A stretch of DNA of 63,863 bases, filler included, from Peribolospora baueri (taxonomy: Eukaryota), in assembly GCA_029717555.1 (NCBI GenBank). It is 3 parts of 3 records of this genome, joined end to end, with 100 filler letters (N's around TTAATTAATTAA, not from the genome) between each part and the next. Parts side by side here need not be neighbours in the genome. Positions count along the whole stretch, not along the records: positions 50,104 to 63,863 come from JAMDHS010000166.1; 2 more parts are not named here. The stretch is one strand, 5' to 3'. Positions 50,104-61,835 of this stretch are shown here, one piece after another (positions within the stretch are counted from its first letter, which is position 1; the number at the start of each line of letters is the position of its first letter). The notes beneath the pieces are model-generated. The model saw nothing but the letters and a program-made list of their open reading frames with translations, was not told the origin of the DNA and did not search any database. A program made the position numbers and the translations under genes.

Positions 50104-51604
50104 CCTCGTCTGGATCCCTGCCCGCCAAGATGTCTCCAAGGACGATCCCTAGCGAATAGACTTCGGCTCTTTCCAAAGCCTCCGGAATGTCCTTCCACTC
50201 TCGCCAGGCGGACCACCCTCCCCAGCTTCCACACATCATCTCGCGCTCTTGCTCTTGCTCGCCCTCGCCGCCTCCCGCGCGCTCGTAGGGACGGTAGCTC
50301 AGTCGGCCGTCTCTTCCCACGTCAACGTCCCATTCACCTCTGATCTCCGGCGCGTGAGCGCGCTCGTTCGTGCGCCCTTGCTCGAAATCGATGAGGACGA
50401 TGCGACCTGGATGGTGGGGTGGAGGCGCGGCCAGGACGACGTTGCCCACTTTGAGGTCGCCGTGGTACGTTTTGCCGGTCCGATGAACGTGGAGGACAGC
50501 CGAAGAGAGTTGTGAAGCCCAAGCGAGACGTTGGGAGAGGGACGACCCAGGCAGATGTTCGGAAAGCGGGCCTCCTGGATAGAAGGGGAGGAGAAAGCCG
50601 CAGACGAGAACGGGCGAAGAGGGTTCTTGTTGTTCCCCTCCTGGGGCTTGTGTCGCAGAGGAGGGAATCGTAACCAGTCCGAGAGGAGCCGAAACGATGG
50701 AAGGATGAGGCGGAATGGAAAGCAGGACGGACAGCTCGTTGTAAAAGCCCGAGAGCATATGTTCGGCGGATTCGGCACGCAGATGGAGTTTGCCGGGATG
50801 GATGAACTTGAGCACGACTTGTTGCTTGTCCGAGACGGGATTTTTGCCGTTGAGGCCCCTTGGTTCGCCGTGGTCAAAAGGCGATGTGCCCTCCTTGGGC
50901 CTGAGAAGACGAGCGGAGAAAACCAGACCGCTGCTCGAATCCAACATGTCATCAATATCCAAGTCGGCCAAGCCGTACAGACTGGGTTGATGCGCACGCT
51001 CTCCTTCTTTAGTGTCCCGCCTATCATCGTTGTCCCTGTCGGGCCGGTGTGCGGCTCGTCCGTTTCCGGTCGGAAATGAACGCAGGACATCGTTGACGGT
51101 CTTGAGACGCGTAAGATAGTTGTCGGACCTCATGATGTCTCCGTCCACGCGCACGCGGACGTTGTCCATAGTCGTCGTAGAAGGAGAAGGGGGTTCGATG
51201 CACTCCTCGCTTCTCTGCTCGGATGTGTGAGCAAGGATGGATTGATGTAATCCCCCGACTTGTGGGGCTGCAGCGTCCGAGTCGGTGAATGCGCTAACCT
51301 GCCAATACAGGCCAGCCGAACGCTCGCCGTCACGCTGGTCGGCTTCGAGGCAGGCGTCCAAAGCAGGCCCCACCACCCTCTCCATCCACCCGCTGCATAT
51401 CACCGTATCTGTCAGATCCATGAATGGCTTCTCTTCACCTTCATACCGCTCCCAGTTGGCACGAAGGAGCCGAGATTCGAACGAGTCGGGCTGGAGAGGG
51501 TCAGCTACGAAGAGAACGTCGACGAGAGAAGAGGAACGCTTGAAGGAGAAGGAGAGAAACGTCTCGTCCTCCGAGAGAGAGCATCCGAAGGACTCGAACG
51601 ACAT
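50104..51604 (-). CDS. Fungal protein kinase-like protein, 3'-truncated by the contig edge
   Basis: VVLK, FYNEL, HPSI, YHGDLKVGNVVL, LIDFEQG and EVYSLG motifs. Confidence 0.88.
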
Positions 51605-51880
51605 TTTGGATCGGTTAGAGGATCGAGACGAGAAGAGAAGAGAACCGAAGTGAAGTGCGAGTCCTACGATGGAACTGAAGGGAGGGAATCGAGGTTGTCT
51701 CCCTGTCATTCCACAGTCCCATATATAGTTTCGCACGCGCCTTTCAACAACCCGCCTTGGAAACGAGGGCCCACCTCGACATGACTCGACCTTGGAGCTT
51801 AAGCGGGTCTGGCCCACCTCATTCTATTCCACCGTCGACTTCTGAAAGCAAAATCCAGCCGATTGCCAGCCTTATACAAG

Positions 51881-52500
51881 ATGGCTCCTTACCTAGTCCA
51901 TCAATATCATCCTCTACTCTATCAAGCTCTCCCAGATGTGGAGCCGGCAGTCGACGAGTTCAAGGCGGTGGATAAAACGATGGGCGTGTTAGATGCCATC
52001 CGCACCGTTATCCTGCGCCATGATGCCCAAGACACCTACGGCGTGCAAATCCTACACAACCATTTCGACATGAGCGATGACGAGAGGCTCGTCGCCTTCG
52101 GACAGGTCAGTATCCCGCTCGACGTCAAGACGCTCACCGAGAGAGCCAATGCGAACATCCAACCCGCCGCTTGGATCCTCAAGCCAAACGGAGCCTTTCC
52201 GTACGAGTTCAACTACAAAGAATGTGACAAGTACGAGGAGCCCGATCCGAAGATTTTTGCTGAGATCTACAACGTCCTTCAAGATAAGCATGCCGCACAC
52301 CTGCTCGGTCTCGTCCACCTCTCCGGAAAAATGTTCGGCATGGAGCAGACTGAGGGACGGGCGAATGTCGTAGTCCCCGAAGGTATCAACGAGGATGATG
52401 GCGAGTATCTGGAGGTCCTCTGGGCCTTCAACTCCATCGTGACCAGGGGCCAGTGCAAAGTGCACTGCAACAAGGGCGGGGGGGAGGACACAAAAAAGTT
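51881..52500 (+). CDS. Uncharacterised LHxHF-family protein whose C-terminus runs into an LTR
   Basis: YGVQILHNHFDMSDDERLV..PAAW..PYEF..LLGL..EQTEGRANV..W.F..CKVHC; the reading frame continues into telomere-like/LTR sequence. Confidence 0.7.
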
Positions 52501-52511
52501 CACTTCCTTAA

Positions 52512-53200
52512 CACTTAGGGTTAGGGTTAGGGTTCATGTAGGCAACGCGCTTCCTTCACGCGATCTTCCAAGCGAGCACGTGAGCGCTGACGAGAAGTCC
52601 ACGGTTTCTTCGCCCTCCAGTGCGACATCACTACCTTTCTTCCCTCCTTTGTCACTACTAAACCTTCTCATCCTTTGTCTTCTCCCCATTGTCCATTCCG
52701 TCATCCTCTTTTCCTTTCCTTTGTGGTTTCTCTCCTGTCATCTAGTATAAGAGCAGCCCTCCGAGTCCCTGCTAGAGGATACAAAGGAGAGAAATACCTT
52801 CATCATCATCTTCATATCAATTCATACCTTCCACACAGCTTCCAGCTGCACTGCCTTGTGGTATAACGCTACCCTAACCCCACGTGCCTTACCCTAACTC
52901 TAAGTGCCGACGTGTGACAAAGTGCCCCCCGCGATGACGTAGGCGTCCTCGTCGACTTAGGAAAGGGAGACTGACTGGTTGAGGCCACGGAGGTCGACTA
53001 CTGGGTGAGGCTTCCCGTCCAGGAGACGAAAACCGGCCAATCGCATGGTCCTTCGCCTGGGGAGAGACGGCCCTCCTCCTTGAGCTTGTCGAAGACGTCG
53101 TCGACAAGCTTGCGGTCCTGTGGTGAGAGCTTGTACATCTTCGGTTTGGGAAGCTTCTCCTCCGCGCCGGGTTTAAGGGAATGCTCATTTCGGTGCCGTC
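52512..53200 (-). mobile_element. Internally deleted Ty3/Gypsy remnant: RT fragment, polypurine tract and LTR
   Basis: The minus strand encodes KMYKLSPQDRKLVDDVFDKLKEEGR..WPVFVSW..PVVDLRGLN (with frameshifts), then GGGGGG, then TGTCACACGTCGGCAC starting at 52919. Confidence 0.8.
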
Positions 53201-53692
53201 ATTGATAAGTCCCAGTCGAATGCGTGACCGCATTCGAGGACCGACGCTGAGCCAACCCAACACACGGGAGGCGGCCCCAAACGAGAGGGAGGACGAGAGG
53301 AAGAAGGAGAGTACAAGGGTGAGACGCGGGGCCGTTCAGTGGAGAAGGGAAGACGTGTTGACGGGCGGCGGCACTCGACACTCGCGTCTTCGCCTCCCTC
53401 GCCTGACTCGTCGCTTCCCTGCCCCGTCCCATCTTCGCCTCACTCGACCTCTTCACCTACCTCTGCTTCGGCAGAGGAAAGACAAAAAGAAAACCTTCGG
53501 CCTGTTTGCAGAGGCGTTACCTCTTCCTCCCGCAGATGGAGAGCAGATGGGAATTCTGACAGGCTCGCGTGGGGGGGAGGGGGGGGCTACTGAGCTCGCG
53601 TTAGGATACATAATAACTATGTATATAAGTTATACTGATTAGCGACATGAAACAAGAGGTGACAATAACGACTAGTATGTCCCAACCCGCAG

Positions 53693-53760
53693 ACAAGACC
53701 ATCATCGTCTGGCAGCTCTCCCGGGATGATGCTAACTTCGGTTACCCCAAGCGCATCCTG
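53693..53760 (+). pseudogene. Isolated fragment of RACK1/Cpc2/Asc1
   Basis: DKTIIVWQLSRDDANFGYPKRIL directly after a CAG acceptor; no other RACK1 sequence nearby. Confidence 0.75.
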
Positions 53761-54669
53761 GGCACTCGACGATGCACATCCGCTTGCGTGCGGTACCGCG
53801 TCCATCTCGACACCAAAAAAAGTCGCCCGATGACATCTCGGAACCCTTCCCTTGCCCCCCATGGTAGGGCACCATTGGGTCGCCGAGGATATGTTGGCTC
53901 GAATCGCGTGAAGCGAGCGAAGAAGTCTCCGGCTTCATTGGCGTTAGCTCGGCGGCTTGGTCGGGCTAACGGGCTCGCCGACTGTATCTCTATCTTCTCC
54001 CATGTGCAGCCTGTGGTTCTACTACCCTTGAACGCGTCTGCCCATCCTTGAGCTTTGTTACCGTTGACTTTACTCCGGTGTGCTTGAGCTAGACCATGAA
54101 TCTCGTCGACGAGGGCCGGCGTAAGGACGTGACTGAAGAGGAGGTTGGACTCGCCAGCCGACTTGGCGGGAGGGCTGATGCTTAAAGGTGGGCAAGGACT
54201 TCGTTCGTGATAAACCATCACGACGTCGGACAGGTGAGAGCGAACGTCGGGAGAGAGACTCCCGTCGCTGTCCCAGCGAGGATGATGACGATGGCAGTGG
54301 CTGCCGCAAAAATGGCGAGAAAGCTTCTCAGCGCGATGAGGCTGGTTGGAACCTCGTCATACGAGCACCCCTCTCCCCTGGTCCGCTTGTCCTCTTCCCG
54401 ATCTCGCTCGTCTCCAATCAAGGCCAGCTGTTCTTCGTCGTCCCGGGAGGGGGTGGGGCGCTTGTCCATCTTTCTCCTCTCTCTCTTCGCATCGTCAGAG
54501 CCTTGCTCATGCGGAAGCGCAGCAGCTGGCCAGCCGATCTGGACCCAGTCGAGGTGGTTTACAAAAATTAGAAGACAAGGAACGTTTCCGTCGTCGACGG
54601 TCAGGTAATACGCGTGCAGGATGTAGTCGTCGGCGGAAAGGCAGACGTTGACGTTGACATACAGGCTCA

Positions 54670-54760
54670 CCGAAACTACGCTGAAGCCGTACGATTCGTC
54701 AAGGCGAATACGAGCATTCCAGTACCAGACGTATACCGCCTTGTATTGAAAAACGAGGTG
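54670..54760 (+). pseudogene. APH-family N-terminal fragment
   Basis: AEAVRFVKANTSIPVPDVY motif only. Confidence 0.55.
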
Positions 54761-55523
54761 CGAAATTGTACTTGGGACTGTGGAAGGGGGGAACGCTGGA
54801 GACTTTTCCCTCTTGCTTGGTGGTGCGAGTAGGATATATACACGAGCTTCCCGTGAGGAATTGCGAGCGCTGCCATGGCAATATGAGAGCAGAGGGCTAA
54901 AGAGAACCGCAGAGCAACGGGACGTGGCGTAATAAAGAGAACTAAGGGAGTCGGCACCGATTCATGACAACACATATTCTCTTCAGACAGACGCAAATAC
55001 CAACTATTTGAATCGACGGTTCCTCTCATAGTAAAGTGAGAGAGAGGGATGGACAGGGAGGGTAAGTGCTCCAGTGGCAGCATCTCCTTTCCAGGGCAAG
55101 CTAATAAATGGAGAATAGGAAAACGGCGGGAATCGCTCGTGCTTGACTCGGAAGTCCGGCGGCAGAAGAAGTGGAGCCTGCTCGCCGTCGAGCTGGGTCG
55201 TCTACCCTGAGGAGCAGCAATGAAGGTCTGAATTGCTCTGACCGGATCAATGTAGAAGCAAAAGACGAAGAAAAGGTCTCAGGTCACGCGCAGGCCAAAG
55301 TATTCCACTTATGCTCGCAAGGCTGACGCTCCTTCTTCTGCATTGGATCCTCAGGAATGCCTCGCTCCAACCACGACGGACTCGAGAAAGGTAATCAAAA
55401 GTCGACGCACGTTCAGTAGAATTTCATTGATTGCGGGGAGAGGAACGGGAGAGAAAAAGGAAAGCCTAGGCGCTATTGGCCTTGTGCTGCATAACTTCGA
55501 CTCATACGAAGGACGCCGAGTGC

Positions 55524-56148
55524 TTAATACGGCACCGCCCTATTCTCCTTCGCCCACATCTTCTCCGCCTCGCTCCCCGCCATGGGAGGTACGATCCCGT
55601 TAAATCTCCAGGTCTCCTTGTCCTGCTCCTCGATGTGGATCTCCCAGTCGATCCCCTTGTCCCTCACCTCGGGCGCCAGCGCCTCCTCCAACTTCTTCAC
55701 CGCCTCCGCCTTCTTTTCCAGCGTGGGCATCGTGCGCGCGAGGTGCTGAGAAACAACGCGGACGAACTTCTTGGCAGGCTCGCCGCCGACGAAGATGGAA
55801 TCCGCGGGGACGGATATGAAGACGACAACGACTGCAAATGAGCAGAAAGAGGGGGGACCAAGGTGAAACTCCAAAGTCAGCCTTCTGCTATTCTAGTGCT
55901 CTGCAAGAGCAGACGAGGCTGGAAGCATCCAGTCCTGCAGCTTGCCGTAAAAAGGGGGGAGTTCCACGCCGGGACGAGTGTAGCAGGCGGTGACGCCTAC
56001 AGCAAGTGTTGAGAAGGAAGAGCTAAGCGTCAGAAGTGCTTTCACAACGCGCCGACTCGGAGAACCGACGGCACTCACGCTCAGCAATGCGCTTCCTGGC
56101 CACGGAGTCGAAAAGACCTTCGGGGTGGTAGAGACGGTGAAGAGGCAT
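55524..56148 (-). CDS. Putative tautomerase (cis-CaaD/oxalocrotonate tautomerase-like)
   Basis: N-terminal MPLHRLYHP (Pro-1 after Met removal), LPPFY, IFVGG, DKGIDWEIHIEE..WRFNGIVPP..GSEAEK.W..ENR; two introns. Confidence 0.85.
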
Positions 56149-56503
56149 CCTTACTGCGCTTGGAGAAAGAAGAGATGCGAGTGCTAGCTAGAAAAACGAG
56201 GGTTTGGAGGGGAGACATGAACAGGACAACGCAAAAACGGCAAGTGCTTTATACTTCACGTCCCGGCTCAGTGGCATTGTCTTTTGAAGCAAATCGTCGC
56301 GGTGTCAGTGAGCGGTTCCCTACTCCGGCAGCGAAGTCAGCAACTTAACGGTGCGCGGGAATTCTACGTCGTCCGAAGAGACTCAGTTCGGCCGAGACAA
56401 ATGCGCACAGAACATACATAAATAAAGCAGGCTACTCGCGCCAACATCGACCACTTGGAAAACAGAACAGAAAGAGAGAGTGAAAGAGAGTCGTGCACCC
56501 ATC

Positions 56504-57783
56504 TCGTTCGAGACGCTCAGCGGCACCCTCGAGGATTCTGCTCCTCGCAAAGGCCGCCGAGGGCTCTGATGGTGCGTGGACGACGACGGGTCGTCGTTTT
56601 GTCTCGCTCGATTCTGTCCTTGCCTTGCTGACCCAGCCAACCACCTCCCCCTTCCTTCACCCCAGTCGTGATTCACAACGCCGACTCGGACCACGTGGGA
56701 GCAACGACCGCGATCCTGCAGGGCCTGGCGGCCCGCAAGGCGCAAACGGGCAAGCCCTCCATTCTCTTCCACCTCAGCGGCACCGGCGTGCTGAGTGACG
56801 ACGCGGCCCGGCGAATACCTCGACGATCTCATCCACGACGACGCGGACGTACGCCCCATTGAGGCCCTCTCCAAGAGTCGGATTCACAGGAATGTGGACA
56901 TTTTGCTCACCGAGGCCGGCAAGGGAGGCGACATCAGGAGCTACATCCTCGTCCCTCCCACCATCTGTGAGTCACTCGAGAACCTTCGTGTACGCCCGCC
57001 TGCGCTCGGCTCGCTTACATGCGTTTTTTTCGACGTGGGCCTCTTCAGACGGCCGCGGTGCGGGCCCGCTGCGCAAGAGCAGCGGCTACAAGCAGATCCC
57101 TGCGCTCATCAGGGCGGCCGTCAAGGACGGCCAAGCTCACTACATCGGTAAAGGCGAGGCCACCTGGACTCAGGTGAGTGCCGGCGCACGCGGCGACGGC
57201 GACGGCGACGGCGGCGCTTCGGTATTTGGAAAGCAAGCGCCTTTCTTTGCCCGAAACGTCTTGACGAGCCCTTTGGCGTAGAGCGCATTGCCAATCTCCT
57301 CCGACAGCTTTCCCCAGGTCATTTCGAGGTGTTCGTGTAGAAGTAGCCTTCCCGATTCACTGGAGTCTTCGAAGGTTTGTCGAGGGCAGACCGGAGGAGG
57401 ATGGCGTAGAAGTCGGCGAGGTCGTCGATGTGCACCTGATCGGGTCACAGAAACGACCGATTCGACGCCCGTCAGCCCCGTCCAGCCCCTCGTTCCTTTC
57501 TTTCCCCATCTCCCGACGCCTTGGCCGAGCGTGGACGACGCGGTCAAGTCGATCGGCACGCCAACTAAAGAGTTTGCGATGATTGGCTTTGGTGGAAAGT
57601 GAGTTGTCCGTCCCTTTTTTTCCTTCTTCTTTGCTTTGCAAGTGCTGGGAGATAGATGAGCGGCGTTTGCCGTCCGCCCTCGTTTCGAAGAGCGGCCTTG
57701 CATCCTTGGTGTCATGGTTCCCTTGACTGCCGTTCACACTCCATCAGTGCCCGTAACGTGTCCACCAACGCGACCAAGCTCGA
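56504..57783 (+). pseudogene. NAD(P)-dependent epimerase/dehydratase-like gene with an internal inversion and frameshifts
   Basis: VIHNADSDH, HLSGTGVL, IHRNVD, YILVPPTI, QIP.LI, IGKGEATWTQ on +; VHIDDLADFY..GYFY..TWGKLSEEIGNAL on -; FGGNAR on +. The Rossmann GxxGxxG exon is absent. Confidence 0.8.
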
Positions 57784-59097
57784 GACGAGACGGGCAAGAT
57801 AGACAAGGCAGACAGAGACAGAGACAACAGAGACAACACAGGAAGGAGCGTGCTGACTCTGCAGTGATATCGATTCTCTCTATACTTTATTCCTTATGTT
57901 CCACCCATCCATCCATCAGTCCGGCTTTAAGACGGCACCACGTCTCACGGCAGCCAAACAGACGACACCGAGGTGGACCTGCGTACGAGAAACCAGTTTT
58001 TTTTTAACAGCTACACAACCGCACGGACTCTGGTTGCACGCAATACCTTCTTCTTTTTTCTCCCCCTTCTCTCCCCTTTTTGCCCACAGGTACCATCAAA
58101 CCCCGACACCGCGGCCTTCTCTTTTCTCCCTCCTTCTCTTTCCATTTTTTCTCACAGGTACCATCCAACGCCATTTTCCTCAATGGTGAGTCTTTTTCTC
58201 TTCCTTCTCCCCCATTCCACTAACCCGCCCACGGGGCCATCGCAGAATCGTCTACTCTACACTGTTGTCTAATCACCAACAGTGTAGGTGGACGAGGACT
58301 CGATGTCCCTGTGGGCTTTCTTTTTGTCACTTCTCCCGCCTTCTCCCCCCTGCCTACGAGGCCCACGAGGACTTGTCTATCCTGGACTGTTGTCTGGTCA
58401 CCAAAAATGTAGGTGGACGAGCCTTGTTCCTCAACGGTGAGCTCTTTTCTCCCTTCTCCGTGCTCCACGGGGTGTTGGTCAGGCAACAGTGTAGGTCGAC
58501 GAGGACTCAAGGTCCCCATGGCTTTTTCTTTTCGTAGACTACAGGTATCATCCAGGCCTCGACATATCCGCCCCATCAAGCCATCGAGCGCGCCTCCTCC
58601 TCGTGGCTGCGAAAGCAAGATTCCCAGGAAACGGACGACGCGGAAGACGGAGAGCGGTCATCACTACGAAAGCCAAGATTCCCAGGAAACAAACGGACGA
58701 TGGCGGAAGGAAGACGGAGGAGGAAGAGCAGTGGGGCCAAATGCGAATCCAAACCAGTTCGATTCCTCGTGTGTACGGTACGATAAGTGAAAAAAAGAGT
58801 GTTCCAGACCTCGTGATGCAGATGGAAGATGAGAGATGGGCGAGAGTCTGGGGCGAATGCCACTACGTAGTAGTGTACAGGCAGGAAGTACGGACGGACG
58901 GACGTTGAGCTCATGTCATGATGATCGGACAACGGGCGATGGATGGGGGGCAGGCTACAGGAGCGAACTTGTGAGAGTATGCAAGAAGAAAAGGGCGGGC
59001 GGAGATCGAGGGGCATTAAATATGCCAAAAGAAATAAAGCCACAACGTCGCAGCCGATTAGCCTATCTACCTCCAGCCTCTAGGCTAGGCTGATGAC

Positions 59098-61561
59098 CTA
59101 CGGATCCTCAGGCGCACGCGTAGTCTCGAAACCTCGCGCTGCCGGATAAGAAGAAGAAGAAGAAGAAGCGGCGGCGGCTCTTGTTCCAGACTTGTTCTCG
59201 TGCTCCTCCTCCCCTTCTTCTTCCTTTCCCGCTTCCACAAATGTGGAATCTCGAAGGCTCCAAGCGTCCGCTTCGTCCATGCTGTCCACATCCTCATCCA
59301 CGTCGTCTTCCTCCGCACTACCTCCTCGCCCCGACCCCGACCGCCGGGACATCGACGCCGATGATGGCCGCCTTCTCCGTCCGTGCAAAAGATCTTCGGC
59401 GGGACGTGTTCTGCGCAGGTCCGTCGCCGTCACCTGCGCGTTTCGGTGGCTGTCCGCTTCGAGACCCACTGCGTCTGCCAGGGCGTTCGTACCGCCACCG
59501 CCGCCAGCGCTCTCGTCGCGACCACGCCAGAGTATCCCCCCCGGGCTCCCGGTTCTGGTCTTGGCTTTGGCCGCCCGAACGTCGGACTCGAGCTTGAGAC
59601 CGTTTACCGAAGCAGTAACCGGCGTCGGTGTCGAGGCGACCCGAAGATGATGACGCCGACGATCGAGTCGCCGGTCCGCGTTGGGTCGCCGATCCGTTCG
59701 ATTGGCGTCGCGACCAGGAATAACACCGTCGCCCTCCTGTCGGCGGTCCTTGTTCTCTTCTCGAGCCCCTCCCTCGCCCACCCTCGAAACCGCCTCCTTC
59801 TCACCGCCTGACACCCTCACCCTCTCCGCTTGCTTCCTGAGTCGATCTTTCTCCAAAACATTCTTCACAAAGTGCCTGGCGCTTTGCAGAGCCTTCCTAG
59901 ACGCGTCCAAGAAAAGAAAGGCCTGGAAGACGTGCACGCAGTCTTGGTAGAGCTCGTGGCGGACTGAGACGCCTGCGGACGTCGCCTTGACGGCTAGAAG
60001 GGTGATCTCATCTCGGAGGACCTCAGAGTCGCCTGCTTGGATCAGCAGCGGAGGAAGGTCGTGGAAGGAGCCAAAGATGGCTAACAAAAGCGGTGGAGGG
60101 GGATGAACAGAAAGAGAGCGGACGGTGAGATCCAAGTGCACCGAGCGAATCGTTCCACCCCGATTAGTCCGAACTTGCCTGAAACTCACGAGAAGCGTAA
60201 GGATGAGTCAAGAACTTTTGAATGTTATCCCCCAGATAGGCGTGCACGGGGTTCAGGTGGTCTCCAGGCTCCGGTCGGGGAAGATAGTCGTACGTCGCGT
60301 TCGTCTCCCACGAGTCGCACGACATGGTCAAGTCCACCCAAGGCTGGAGACGCACGGTCACAAGAACGTCAGTGGGGGGCGAGGTGCCAAGGAGAGCAGA
60401 GGACGCCTGGAAACTTACGCTCATAAGAATTGCACCACTGGGCAATTGGAGTCCATAATCCCTGAGGTACATCAACATGGCCAGCGCCAACCCTCCTCCG
60501 GCACTGTCAGCAGCGACGACTACGTCCTCGGGGTTCGCTCCGAGGTCCCTGGTGAGGTAGAAATAGCCGGAGAGACAGTCATGCAGCGCCCCGGGGAAGG
60601 GAGTGTCCGGTGCGAGGCGGTAGTTGATTGCTAGGAGACGACACTCGGTGTACTTGGAAAGGGAGACAGTGAGGGGGCGGTGTGTCGTCGCTGACATGAC
60701 GTAGTAGGCACCTGGAGGAAGCGGGACGACGGAAGCATGATCGTTAACGACGCCGCCCTACCCGCGAGCGAACGAGGTCGTCGGCCGACTCACCACCATG
60801 AATATAGAGAATAACCTTCTGCCTCTTCTTCTCCCTCCCATTCTCTCTCCATTGTTTCTGCATCCTCCTCCACAGCCTCTCGCCCACGACCCACTCCGCG
60901 GTGACCTCCCTGCTCCCGTCCTCCTTGTCATCGAACTCCTTCAGGATGCCGCCTAAACCCCTTCGCTTGACGCGGAAGCTGACGGGGGTAAAGATGGCGT
61001 CCTTGGGACGGGGTGGGATGAGGGAGGCCAAGTTGATGAACGAGCGCACGGTCTTGACGTCGGTGAGGTGGGAGTAGGAAGCGACGTCGCGCATGAAGGC
61101 GGTGAACACGGACATCTCGATGCCCCACGACGATCTCCGGCCGCCGTGTACGAGGTGGGAGAGAAACGCGGTGGAGACTGCTCGAGCTGGCGGGCGGGCG
61201 CGGCGGAGAGGGTAAGGAGGAAGGAGGAGGCACGGGATCAGCGAGCGCGCGCAGGGAGAGGGGAAGCACCTGCGCGGCGACGGGGCCGTGCAGACGACTC
61301 ACCCTGTCCTGCGAAGAAGGGCACATATTGCCAAGCGTCCCTGAGAGCCAAAGGCCGGAACTGCCGCTGAGGGACGCTGGGGTCGACGCGGGAGGAGAGG
61401 GGGAGGGTGGCGCCGGAGTACTGCTGGAGGAGGCTGTCCAAGGTCGAGGTCATTGTCGTGGGGAGGGAGAGCTGTTTGTAGGAGGCGGCGGTGGTGGTGG
61501 TGATGTTGGGCGAGGAGGACGGCGAGGATGGCGGCGATGAGGACGTGGAGGAAGACGACAT
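59098..61561 (-). CDS. Alpha/beta hydrolase, GDXG/hormone-sensitive-lipase family
   Basis: ILYIHGGAYY, INYRLAP..PFPGALHD, ADSAGGGL, PWVDLT, LPPLLIQAGDSEVLRDE, HVFQ. Confidence 0.9.
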
Positions 61562-61835
61562 GGCCGTGGACGACGACGTCGGGCTGTGGTAGACGTCAAG
61601 TCAATGTTGGCCGGCGTCTGTCCGACTCCACGCGGGGTGAACGGGAATGGAAAGCGGAGGCGACTGCGGCACGACGGACGGGGCCGATGCCCAGGTCGAG
61701 GTCCAGTTTTAGGTCGCCGGCGGCGTCTTTCTCTACCTCTCCCCACACTCGTACTCGTCCCTCTCGACCAGGAGGCAGTCATCATCGTCGTCGTCGTTCG
61801 TTTGGACCATACAAGCACACGCCAGGCGCGGGCGA

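Noticed and set aside
53600..53692. Intronic C/D snoRNA (U24-like) upstream of the RACK1 fragment
   Set aside because: No clear C box or U24 guide sequence is visible.
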